A stretch of DNA of 51,981 bases, from positions 1 through 51,981 of the forward strand of contig JAUZRK010000008.1 of assembly GCA_030950485.1 (NCBI GenBank). The letters run 5' to 3'. Made by a program: the position numbers and the translations under genes. This document shows, piece by piece, positions 20,805-30,560 of the stretch. Under the pieces are notes generated by a model, which was given only the letters and a program-made list of their open reading frames with translations, had not been told where the DNA came from and did not search any database. Source of the DNA: Candidatus Dojkabacteria bacterium (lineage in GTDB: Bacteria > Patescibacteriota > Dojkabacteria > J137). Each line of letters opens with the position of its first letter. The first letter of the stretch is position 1.

Positions 20805-21848
20805 GTGAAATTAATAAATAAACTTAAATCTGCAGCAATACTTTTAATCATGTCTGGGATATTTCTTATACCCACTTCTTTTCTGGTTAAAGCAATTCAA
20901 TTAGAACCTATAGAATCTACTAAATTACGTTCTGATCAAAATGAATTTATTAATAGGGAACTTACAAATTCTTATTCAAACTCTACAAATTCGATTGAAA
21001 ATATTAATCTTATGGTCGGACTTTTGGACGTATTAAATAGTAAAAAGGAAGATTACGGTATTTTTCTATATGATTTTTCAGATAATAGATTGTTTAGCTG
21101 GAATGGAGACACTCCAATGCCTACAGCAAGTTTTGTAAAATTACCAATAGTTACTCTTACCTTAAAAGATATAGATTCAGGTATTATTAGCTTTGATACT
21201 CCCCTTGCTGTAAGGGATGATCTTAAACATGGAGTACCAGGTGTAATAAGTGAATATCCTGGAGGAACTGAATTACCTATTTCTGATTATCTTAAGTACG
21301 TGATAACTATTAGCAGTAATACAGCTCAGTATCATTTGAGAGAAAGACTTGGTGGTACAGGTGTTTAAAATGAACGAGTAATAAATGAATTAGGTGTAAA
21401 TCCTTATTTTGAAGATCCTTTAATAACTACTGCTAATAATGTAGGAAAAGTCTTAAAGGAAATTTATTTAGGCGAGACTTTAAAACCTGAGACTAGAGAT
21501 TTTTTATTAGATCTTATGAAAAGCACAGTACCTAGTCTTAGAGATGGGATTCCATATGCTCTTATTAATGAAGATGTAGAAGTAGCAAATAAAGTTGGAT
21601 TCCTTTATGGAGGAAATGAAGGTGATATCTATTCAGATGCAGCTTTTATATTCTCAGAGGATAGAACCTTACTTCTTGTTATTACTAATAGCAGTGCTCC
21701 GCCCTTTCCTGAAGGTATGTATATGATTCAGGATATTACTGAGTATATTTATCAAAATTTTAAAATATATGCATTAAATGAAAAAATTAACTTTTACTCT
21801 AGTATTTATAATAATTCTTGCCGTTCTATTCTATCCTTCAGAAAATAA
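20805..21848 (+). pseudogene. Class A beta-lactamase-like serine hydrolase, one in-frame TAA
   Basis: SxxK (ASFVK), SSN and NKVG motifs; same frame continues past TAA at 21366-21368 (GGTGV*NERVINELG...TTANNVG). Confidence 0.85.
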
Positions 21849-22800
21849 TAATGGCACAGAGAACGATTCACAAAATGATTCAATTGACTCTTCAGGTGAG
21901 TGTTTTGAAGGAGAATATTATGATGATGAGGTAGATGTTTGTATTCTTGAATGTAATCAAGATCAGGATTGCGATATAAATTCAAATGAATTCTTTAAGG
22001 TCTTAGAAGAAGAGCAATCAGAGGCTATTGAGGAAGAAATATTAGAAGAAGAGAAAGTTTTAAGAGAATATGTAATTAATAATGATTCAATTGTTGGCGA
22101 GATAGCAGATAGAAGAGATAGCGAGGCTTGGGATTTATTTGTCGAATTATTTCCCGAAGAATATACAGAGTATGTTTCCGGCTATCAAATAATAAGTGAT
22201 GGAGTTGGAGGAACTTTAGCACTTGTTGAGCAGAATCCTGATGATATTGCTGAATGGATACTGGCTGTAGATTTAGACGATGTCTACAATATTAAGGGAG
22301 AAATGAATAAATATGACTTTAGTTTTACTTTAATTCATGAATTTGCTCATGTTTTAACTTTAAATGATGAAGAGATTAAACCTGACAGCGATTTATTTCT
22401 ATCTAATGAGGATGAGTATGGCGATGTCTACAGTAATAAAGAGTTAGATTGCGATAGTTTTTTTACAATGGAGGGTTGTAGTTATAATGATTCATATATA
22501 AATGAGTTTTACTCTGATTTCTGGAGTGATGTCTATCCTGAATTCGAAGATATTCAATATATTGAGGACGAAGATGAGTATATATTTGCTTTAGAAGATT
22601 TCTATACTAAGTATGAGGATAGGTTTGTAAATGAATATGCTTCTACTAATGTTGGAGAAGATATTGCTGAAAGCTTCGCTTACTTTATTATTGAGGACGA
22701 GCCAAGTATAGAGAAGGTGAGTTTTTTCTATGAGTATAATGATTTAGTTAGATTGAGAGATATTATTAGAGCTAATTTATCTGTAGTTATTAATGAGTAG
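21778..22800 (+). CDS. Secreted acidic zinc metallopeptidase
   Basis: N-terminal hydrophobic helix, HEFAH and FVNEYASTNVGEDIAESF. Confidence 0.8.
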   Translation: MKKLTFTLVFIIILAVLFYPSENNNGTENDSQNDSIDSSGECFEGEYYDDEVDVCILECNQDQDCDINSNEFFKVLEEEQSEAIEEEILEEEKVLREYVINNDSIVGEIADRRDSEAWDLFVELFPEEYTEYVSGYQIISDGVGGTLALVEQNPDDIAEWILAVDLDDVYNIKGEMNKYDFSFTLIHEFAHVLTLNDEEIKPDSDLFLSNEDEYGDVYSNKELDCDSFFTMEGCSYNDSYINEFYSDFWSDVYPEFEDIQYIEDEDEYIFALEDFYTKYEDRFVNEYASTNVGEDIAESFAYFIIEDEPSIEKVSFFYEYNDLVRLRDIIRANLSVVINE

Positions 22801-22802
22801 TT

Positions 22803-22830
22803 TTGACTATCTCATTTAACGCAATATACT
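22803..22830 (+). promoter_or_regulatory. Sigma70-like promoter
   Basis: TTGACT-N16-TATACT ending 23 bp before ATG 22854. Confidence 0.55.
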
Positions 22831-22853
22831 ATTTACATAAATATTAATTTCAT

Positions 22854-23631
22854 ATGATAGAGTTTGGAAAGTGAGCTAAAATAGGTATTTTCTTAGGAGT
22901 GCTTGGACCAATTATTGGAACATTAGTTGCACTAATTGTACCTCTTTTACAAGGTGATTGGGGAGGAGCTGTAATTACTTTAATAGCGGCATTTATAACT
23001 TTTGGAATATTTGGAGTAATCTTCTACTCTATCTTCAAACCTATAATGGAGCAAAAGAAGTTATTAATTGATCACCCGCAAAAGGCGAAATATTGGAAAT
23101 AATAGATACTGGAGTAACTTTAAATAATGCACCTCAAATTAAAATTAAACTAAAAGTAACTCCTAAATTTGGTACTCAATACGAGACTGATGTAAAACTT
23201 TTGTTTCCAGAATTAATCCAAATATTTATTCTCCAGGACAGATAGTAGAACTGAAAGTAAGTAAACGAGATAAATTTTAGGTTGTAATTGCACCTAGTGG
23301 ATATAATTCAAATAATAATCTAACAGTAACCTCTTCTGAAATTGAAGATAAACTTAAAGATTCAAACGAAGAATATAGGGATTTATTATTAAACGGCATA
23401 TCTGCAAAGGCTATTGTCTTAGAGTATAAACCTATGGGGGCAAATATAAATGGTAACAATCCAGCAGTAGAGTTTGTATTACAAATTATTCCAGACAATC
23501 AACCGGCGTTTAAAGCAAGTACTATTTCTGTTATTTCGGAACAATCGATATCAAAGTTTCAACCTGGAGAGGAGATTTTTGTAAAGTACGATCCAGAAAA
23601 TATGTCTAGGGTTACAATTGAAAGTTCTTAG
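22854..23631 (+). pseudogene. Membrane protein with two tandem beta-rich domains, four lesions as assembled
   Basis: TGA 22872-22874, frameshifts near 23070 and 23197, TAG 23278-23280; reconstructed repeats AKGEILE..TGVTLNNAP..PGQIV and AKAIVLE..MGANINGNNP..PGEEI. Confidence 0.75.
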
Positions 23632-23649
23632 ATTTGTCTCTGTAATATT

Positions 23650-24303
23650 TTACATCTCTAAATCCTTATTCATACCTTCAGGAGAATCTGATAATCTTTT
23701 GTTCGGTGATTGAAACCCCTCCCTAGCTTTAAATCTAGATCTCTGTTTTGTCTCAACCTCTTTTACAAATTCACCACCTTTATTATTCTTACCTTGTCTA
23801 AATGTAATATTAATTTCAAAGTCTTTGATATCTACAAATCCATGTCTTCCAAACTTTAAAGTTCCTGAAATTGAAAGACTTAGAGTTGTACATCCTTTCT
23901 CTGTATTTATTTTAGGAGTTGCCACTATAACTAAATTTAATATATCTGTTAGGTGACCTATGTCGGGTAGTTGATTTCTTATTTCATAAGATTCTTCTGT
24001 TGCGCTTGACCAAAATGCTCCAAGTAAGTTTCCATAGTTATGATTTGAATTGGGAGAAAAAACGTTTCTGATTGTATTAAACCTAAATCTCTTATCACTT
24101 AGGATTGGTTCATCTTGAGTTGCAAGCTGGAAGTGGTTACATATATACCCTATTAGCTTTTCATTAAGATCCTCTTCAACCTCAGGTTTTTTACCTTCTG
24201 AATAAATTATATCGATATCTTCAAGTTCTGCTCGTGTTTCTATAATTGACATATATTCTCCATAATATGGTGACGATCTTACCATCAATATAGGATTATG
24301 CAA
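23650..24303 (-). CDS. Hypothetical protein
   Basis: 217-aa ORF, no motif recognised; true start may be the downstream MSIIE. Confidence 0.55.
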   Translation of the reverse strand: MHNPILMVRSSPYYGEYMSIIETRAELEDIDIIYSEGKKPEVEEDLNEKLIGYICNHFQLATQDEPILSDKRFRFNTIRNVFSPNSNHNYGNLLGAFWSSATEESYEIRNQLPDIGHLTDILNLVIVATPKINTEKGCTTLSLSISGTLKFGRHGFVDIKDFEINITFRQGKNNKGGEFVKEVETKQRSRFKAREGFQSPNKRLSDSPEGMNKDLEM

Positions 24304-24338
24304 GGAATATGTAAATTTAGAGTAAAGAAAATGGGTGT

Positions 24339-25172
24339 TTAAATAGAATTCTTTATCAAAGCCAATCCGCCATATACACCTACCTCATCTACAAAGTTCG
24401 AAATTAAGATAGGAGGAACTTCTGAAATTCTCATCTGGTTTCTTATCTCTTTTTCAATCTTATTTTTAACATACTCATTATTTTGAATCATTCCACCTCC
24501 TAGAACTAAAACATCTGGAAGAAATAAATTTAGAAAGTTTGTACAAGCGATTGCAAGATACTCAACAGTGTCTTCCCAAATCCTAAGATCATCAATATTT
24601 GATGCATCTCTTAAAAATCTCTCAGATAAAGATTTACCGCCAGCGTACGTTTCAATACAGCCTCTCTGATCGCAAGCACATTGTTTTCCATGAAGCCCAA
24701 TCATCTGATGGCCAACTTGAGCTTCGAAAATTTTCAAGCCATCTTCCTTGGTAATAAAAGCTCCTCCAATTCCTGTAGAAACAGTTATATAAGAAATTGA
24801 ATTTATATCTTTTGCCTCTCCAAATTCTAGCTCAGCAAGAGCGGCACAGACTGTGTCATTTTCAAGATAAACTTTACAATTAAAATCTTTCTCTAGTTTT
24901 GCTTTAAGATTTTTATTAGCGTAGTCTGGAATATTAGCTGCGACTATAAGCTCACTTCTTTCTTCATTAACTATTCCTGCAAGTGCTACAGCTATAGCAT
25001 CAATGCTCTCATTTTTTAATACAACTTTTATACTAGAGACTATTTTATCAAATGCAGGTTCAAAATCTTGCGGAGTATCATATTTAACTTCCTCAATTAT
25101 CCCTTCGGTAGATAGATCTGTCGACGCGATGATTCTTGTCCCTGTTCCTCCTAAATCAATTGAAATATACAT
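24339..25172 (-). CDS. ROK-family sugar kinase
   Basis: IDLGGT, LENDT..AALAE, TVSTGIGG and GHQ...CACDQRGCIETY; start reassigned to ATG at 25172. Confidence 0.92.
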   Translation of the reverse strand: MYISIDLGGTGTRIIASTDLSTEGIIEEVKYDTPQDFEPAFDKIVSSIKVVLKNESIDAIAVALAGIVNEERSELIVAANIPDYANKNLKAKLEKDFNCKVYLENDTVCAALAELEFGEAKDINSISYITVSTGIGGAFITKEDGLKIFEAQVGHQMIGLHGKQCACDQRGCIETYAGGKSLSERFLRDASNIDDLRIWEDTVEYLAIACTNFLNLFLPDVLVLGGGMIQNNEYVKNKIEKEIRNQMRISEVPPILISNFVDEVGVYGGLALIKNSI

Positions 25173-25982
25173 TCTTATCAATCTTTGAAAAATTAAGTAA
25201 TCTTAATGCTCCTTTTTCCATTGCAACTTCGGCATTAATTCCAAATTTAATTTCTGGTAAATTAACAACTTTTAATGTTTGTTGTAATTTTGTTTTGATC
25301 ATTTCTTTTATATAGCTTTCTTCTTCAAAAAGCTCTCCAGCTAAAATTATTCTCTCAGGTTTAAACATAGCAGAAGCGTTTGCTAAAGATAATGCTAGAT
25401 AATCTGTAGTCTCTTCTAAAATCCTTTTATCATCAATTACTTTTAAATTCTCTAAAAATCTTTCTTTAATATTGTTTTTACTTATATACATTTCAGCGCA
25501 ACCTCTCTGGCCACATTTACAAAGTCTTCCATTCTTTTCGATTAATAGATAGAGTTCTCTCTTGGTTCTACGAAGGCTGCTCCGCTCTCTTCTAGCATAT
25601 GAACATATAAATATGATTTAATATCTTTATTTTCTTCTAGTTCAGTTAAACTTCCAGATAATACATTTTGTTCAAGAATAGCTTTTACATTAAATTCTTG
25701 TTCAAATTTAGATTTGATATTCTTACCAGCATGATCTGGGAAAAGTGCACATTTTGAAATATCTGATCTATCTCTTGAAACCATTCCTTTTGAAAGAATA
25801 ATTATATTTTCTAGATTCTTAGTTAGATTATTTTCATTAATGATTTTAACAATAGATTTATATGTTTCTGAAAAGAGTTGGTGTGTTTTAAAGTTATCCG
25901 AGAAGTTTTCTGAATCAATGTTTGTTGATTCATATCTGGTTATCTTTGTGTCTGTTGCTCCTATATTTATTAAAAGATTCAT
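25156..25982 (-). pseudogene. Divergent ROK-family paralog, interrupted
   Basis: INIGAT and LEQNV degenerate motifs; NGRLCKCGQRGCAEMY lies in another frame after about 25545 and the preceding GH motif is missing. Confidence 0.75.
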
Positions 25983-26624
25983 TAAATCTTGTTTATTTCA
26001 TCAATTATAACCTCTCCATCTCTTAATGTCTTATAGACAATATTATTTTCATCATAATATTTAATTTCATCATTTGTAACTTCTGATTCTTCATGGTCAG
26101 ATTCGAAATGGGGTACAAAGACATAGTCTATAAGTCCTAGTCCATTCCAGATTACTTCTTTATCCTTCCCATACGAAACTTTTACATCCGCAGGGTCATC
26201 TACAAATTCTAGCCCTCTAAAACTTTTCTGAAGAACACAGCAACCCGCGCTAAAACCAGAATAAACGAAGTCTTGCTGTGAAGCTGTTAGATCTTCTATT
26301 ATTTCATCAAGACCACTTAATTTATATGCCGTTCTTAAAACAAAAGCATTTCCGCCAGTAACCCAGATTCCTCCAAGATCATTAATAATATGTAAAAGCT
26401 CATCTTTTTTACCAAAATATTTTTTTAGATCAATACTTACAGGCTGTAAACCTAATTCAATTAGACCTTTAAATTGCAAAAGTCTATTTTTTTTCAACTC
26501 GATCTAAATCTGTACTCCAATCTAGAGCATTCATGATTACGCCTACCTTTTTATTTTTACTAAATAATTCAGCTAATCTTTCTGGATTATCTCCTAGTTG
26601 ATATGATGAGAGGTATAGTTTCAT
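25982..26624 (-). pseudogene. Peptidase E (S51)/class I glutamine-amidotransferase-like protein, frameshift at an A8 run
   Basis: N-terminus MKLYLSSYQLG from 26624; frame change at 26487-26494; WVTGGNAF, YSGFSAG, VPHF and LRDG motifs. Confidence 0.85.
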
Positions 26625-26663
26625 TTTAGAATTGAAATATTAATATAATTTTAAATCAAATAG

Positions 26664-26818
26664 AACACAGATTGAACTGATCTGACAGATTTACACAAAT
26701 TAAAAACTTTTCTTTAGGTAAGCTGATCCAACACAACACTCCTCCCCCTCGAAGACTCGGGTGCTCCTCCCAAGTAGGAGATAAAACTCAGAACCCATAA
26801 CCCACTGTTCAAAACCCC
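26664..26818. repeat. Stack of short repeat remnants downstream of sufB
   Basis: 9-bp periodic ACAGAT-type units (26664-26700), C-rich hairpins (26737-26780) and nAACYCA heptads (26784-26818). Confidence 0.6.
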
Positions 26819-26820
26819 TT

Positions 26821-28143
26821 CTACCCAACACTCCCCTCCATACTCATCCTAATCAAATCATTCATTTCCATCGCGTACTCCATAGGCAATTCTTTCGCTA
26901 TTGGTTCAACGAAACCTGCTACTATTAATCCTCTAGCCTCTTCTTCAGTTAGACCTCTAGACGTCAAATAATAAAGTTGGCTGTCAGAAACTTTACTAAC
27001 GGAAGCTTCATGTTCAACGTATGAATCATTTGTGTCTATTTCGTTATACGGATAAGTGTCTGTTTGAGAACTATTATCCATTATTAAAGAATCACACTCA
27101 ATTCTAGACTTCGCTCTTTTAGCACCCTTCTCAATTTTTACTAATCCACGATAACTAACTCTTCCTCCATTCTTACAAATCGATTTTGTAGTAATAACAG
27201 AAGATGTATCAGGCGCTTTATGGATCATTTTAGCTCCAGTATCTTGATGTTGGTCCTTATCTGCAACAGAAACTGAAAGTACCTCGCCGTGAGCTTTTCT
27301 ACCAGCGAGAATTACTGATGGATATTTCATTGTAGCTCTTGATCCTAAATTACAATCTACCCATTCTATAATTGAATTCTCCATCGAGAGACCTCTTTGA
27401 GTCACTAAGTTGTATACGTTCTTAGACCAATTCTGAACAGTTGTATATCTAATTCTGGCATTTTTTAGTGCAATTAATTCAATTACTCCTGAATGTAAAA
27501 TTGAAGAGCTATATGTTGGCGCTGAACAACCTTCGACGTACTGAACTTCTGCACCCTCGTCAGCAATTATTATAGTTCTTTCAAACTGACCTAGATTTTT
27601 AGTTTTTATATAAAAATATGCTTGTAGTGGAATATCAACTTTAACTCCTTTTGGAACGTAAACAAAACTACCACCACTCCAACAAGCTGCGTTTAATGCA
27701 GCATATTTATTATCGTTATAAGGGATCACTTTCCCAAACCATTTTTTAAAAATCTCAGGATATTCTTTTAATCCAGTATCTGTATCTGTAAAAATTACTC
27801 CCTTAGATTCCCACTTTTCTTTGACTCTTCCGTAAACTACATTCGAATCAAATTGTGTTTCAACACCTGCAAGAAATTTTCTCTCAGCTTCAGGTATCTT
27901 TAATTTCTCAAAAGTATCTAGCATTTCTTTTGGTACATCTTCCCATTTACTTTTCTTTGCACTACCAGGTTCAACAAAAAAATTTATTTCGTCTTCTTTA
28001 AAACCTGAAAGATCCACTCCCCATTTTGGAACTGGTCGATCGATGTAATGCTTATAGGCCTTAAGTCTATATTCCCGCATCCAATCTGGCTCATTCTTAA
28101 AGTCAGAAATTCTATTTATTAATTCAATTGATAATCCGTTCAT
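26821..28143 (-). CDS. sufB: Fe-S cluster assembly protein SufB
   Basis: WSGGSFVYVPKGV, GQFERTIIIAD, YVEGCSAP, TMKYPS, EHEASVSK and KELPMEYA. Confidence 0.97.
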   Translation of the reverse strand: MNGLSIELINRISDFKNEPDWMREYRLKAYKHYIDRPVPKWGVDLSGFKEDEINFFVEPGSAKKSKWEDVPKEMLDTFEKLKIPEAERKFLAGVETQFDSNVVYGRVKEKWESKGVIFTDTDTGLKEYPEIFKKWFGKVIPYNDNKYAALNAACWSGGSFVYVPKGVKVDIPLQAYFYIKTKNLGQFERTIIIADEGAEVQYVEGCSAPTYSSSILHSGVIELIALKNARIRYTTVQNWSKNVYNLVTQRGLSMENSIIEWVDCNLGSRATMKYPSVILAGRKAHGEVLSVSVADKDQHQDTGAKMIHKAPDTSSVITTKSICKNGGRVSYRGLVKIEKGAKRAKSRIECDSLIMDNSSQTDTYPYNEIDTNDSYVEHEASVSKVSDSQLYYLTSRGLTEEEARGLIVAGFVEPIAKELPMEYAMEMNDLIRMSMEGSVG

Positions 28144-28238
28144 TAAGTAAATTATATCATCTAGAAAAAAATACTTTAATCAATTTGCCTATGTTTAATA
28201 GTTTTGAGATAATATTTTATATTTTTAAAGATTATTAT

Positions 28239-28793
28239 ATGGCAGAGGTATGGGACGCAGGCAATGATTCAAATAATATCATGGAAGTTTTAAAAGATGA
28301 TAGCGCTACTGAACAATATATTGAGAATTTAATAGAAGAGAAAAAAAGATTTAGTAATTCTCAAACCTCTGTTAAGAATGAGCCATTTACTGCAAAGGGA
28401 CCGATAGGTCTTGAAGAAGAAGTATCTCTTTTGGAATTGGAGGATAGAGTCACATATTACAAATCTAGCTTAAAAAGAAGGAATGCCCTTTTAGAACAAC
28501 TAACTCAATTAGAAAATATTACTTCAGAAAAACCTTCTATAATGAATAGACCAGCCATGAGTAGTTATAAAAGAGCTGTGCAAATTAAACAACATGTAGA
28601 AGGATTATCTAATCTTATCTTTGATTGTGTATTATATACTATTGAGCGTTATGCCGATATAAATACTCAGTACGTTAATTTAGCTGAAATGGGAGGAAGA
28701 ACTCATATACACATTCCTAATTTAACTACTTATAGCAAATCAGTTACTATTCCTGTTTCACTGTTAAGTTCTAAATTAGTTTCATCTATCTGA
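28239..28793 (+). CDS. Hypothetical protein, possibly coiled-coil
   Basis: ORF restarted at ATG 28239; no motif recognised. Confidence 0.5.
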   Translation: MAEVWDAGNDSNNIMEVLKDDSATEQYIENLIEEKKRFSNSQTSVKNEPFTAKGPIGLEEEVSLLELEDRVTYYKSSLKRRNALLEQLTQLENITSEKPSIMNRPAMSSYKRAVQIKQHVEGLSNLIFDCVLYTIERYADINTQYVNLAEMGGRTHIHIPNLTTYSKSVTIPVSLLSSKLVSSI

Positions 28794-29989
28794 TCTTGAT
28801 CAAGACTATTCCTACCGCCTCTACTCGGTTGTGTTTGTGAATTTGATTCAGATAGTGATAGTGGAATTCTAACAGGAATACTTATGCTTCCTTTTACAGT
28901 GTCAATTTCATAAATTTCCATAATAATTTCTCCAGAAGTATCCGTAATCTCTGAGATATCTATTAGTTCATTAAACTCTCCATCTTTGTTAGATCTCAAA
29001 TTCAGATCAATATCTAAACTAAATATTTGCTCGCTAGAGTCATTATCAATAGTAATTCTATACTGAGCAGGTTTTGTTTTATCTAACTCTCCAGTTAATA
29101 AAAATGTATCATTATCTATTTTTTGATTTGGCTGAGGAGAGAGAATCTCCAATGTTGAATTATTGCTTTTACTTACTGTGAATTTTATAGGGTTTGAATC
29201 AATTAAGGCTTTACCATTAGATACATCATAAAGTTTTATTATTCCTATTTTTTCAGAAGGTGCTATCTTAAGATTTATATTTTCTTCAAATAATATATCT
29301 AAATCAGAAGTAGTTATATTTGTTATATTTTTAGATACTAATAAATTATTATAAAAATCATATACTTCTATTAATAAATCAGTCTCACTGTCTAACCTCC
29401 CTAAAATGCTAAATTCTCCATTAATTACTTCATTAGCTTTAGGATTTATTATTTCACCATTAACATCACTTTTTATTTCTACTGTAGTACTATCAATAAT
29501 ATTTTCTACAGGCACATCTTCTTCATTTTGATCTGTATTTTCATCCGTATTATCATTGATAATATTTTCAGTGTTATTGTCTGTATCATTTGTAGAATTA
29601 TCTACATTTTCACTAGTTCCATTATTTTGATTACTATCTATCTGATCATTTTGTGCTGCTGGACCTTCATTATTACTGCTTCCTAATACGTAATAAACTC
29701 CTAATAAAGCTATCATAATAATTCCAAACACTATTAATATCTTCATCATAGAAAAACTACTTTTTACATTTGTTTTAACCTCATTACTAGTAGCATTTGA
29801 ATTATTACCTCTTAAGTTCTCAGGTGAATTCAAAGGTTGACCAGGTATAGAAGGTGCAATACTCTCTGTCGGTGGTGTGTATGGTTCAATTTTTGATAAT
29901 GTATTAGCAGCAAGTTTCCCTACCGAATCACCTAAGTCATTTTCATTTTTATTACTATCAGTTGGCATTGGTTCTACAAAATCATCCAT
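28730..29989 (-). CDS. Single-TM protein with N/D-rich linker and two Ig-like (Gmad2-like) domains
   Basis: TM at KILIVFGIIMIALLGVYY; repeated IINPKANEVI..F.I.G and ILSPQPNQKI..F.L.G. Confidence 0.65.
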   Translation of the reverse strand: MDDFVEPMPTDSNKNENDLGDSVGKLAANTLSKIEPYTPPTESIAPSIPGQPLNSPENLRGNNSNATSNEVKTNVKSSFSMMKILIVFGIIMIALLGVYYVLGSSNNEGPAAQNDQIDSNQNNGTSENVDNSTNDTDNNTENIINDNTDENTDQNEEDVPVENIIDSTTVEIKSDVNGEIINPKANEVINGEFSILGRLDSETDLLIEVYDFYNNLLVSKNITNITTSDLDILFEENINLKIAPSEKIGIIKLYDVSNGKALIDSNPIKFTVSKSNNSTLEILSPQPNQKIDNDTFLLTGELDKTKPAQYRITIDNDSSEQIFSLDIDLNLRSNKDGEFNELIDISEITDTSGEIIMEIYEIDTVKGSISIPVRIPLSLSESNSQTQPSRGGRNSLDQDQIDETNLELNSETGIVTDLL

Positions 29990-29990
29990 G

Positions 29991-30482
29991 TTATTGCATT
30001 AAATTTTTTTCTTTTGATCTTAAATTTCTTTTTATCTCTTTATATCTTGGCATTATTGATTCAACAATATCCCAGAATTTAGAAGAGTGATTCATTTGTC
30101 TTAAATGAGCCAGTTCATGAACTATTACATAATCCATTTCAATTTTATCTACCAGTATCAATTTCCAATTAAAGTTTAAGTTCTTTTTTGAAGAACAACT
30201 ACCCCATCTACTTTTTTGATCTTTTACACTAATTCTATTATATAGAAATCCGTAAGAGGAAGCTATCACTTCAGTTCTTTTAGATATCTCAGATTTAGCT
30301 TGTTTTCTAAGCCAAGCATACAAAATATCTTTATGGTTGTTTCTTTTAGTTTCTGAAAGATATACCTCTAATTCACCATTTCTGTTAAGAACACTTTCTT
30401 TGATGAATTTAGTATTTTTATAATTAATCTTTACAGGTTCGCCTAGAAGATTTAGTGTTTTTCCATGATCTAAGAATTTCAT
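29991..30482 (-). CDS. YgjP/DUF45 (M48-like) metal-dependent hydrolase
   Basis: QKSRWGSCS, LNFNWKL, YVIVHELAHL..NHS..FW. Confidence 0.9.
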   Translation of the reverse strand: MKFLDHGKTLNLLGEPVKINYKNTKFIKESVLNRNGELEVYLSETKRNNHKDILYAWLRKQAKSEISKRTEVIASSYGFLYNRISVKDQKSRWGSCSSKKNLNFNWKLILVDKIEMDYVIVHELAHLRQMNHSSKFWDIVESIMPRYKEIKRNLRSKEKNLMQ

Positions 30483-30560
30483 ATAATATCTTAGCAAAGT
30501 GAAATACTAAAAGTAAAAAGATTAAATTTCATTATTATTATGTTTACGCTAAAATAAACT

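Noticed and set aside
20805-21848. Antibiotic-resistance island (beta-lactamase-like gene, with the APH and RND genes elsewhere)
   Set aside because: The genes are scattered, family-level matches only, with no mobile context; resistance cannot be inferred.
22872-22874. In-frame TGA suggesting genetic code 25 or 4
   Set aside because: Single case in a multiply broken gene; long Gly/Trp-containing ORFs have no internal TGA, and TGA ends the RND and PrgI-like genes.
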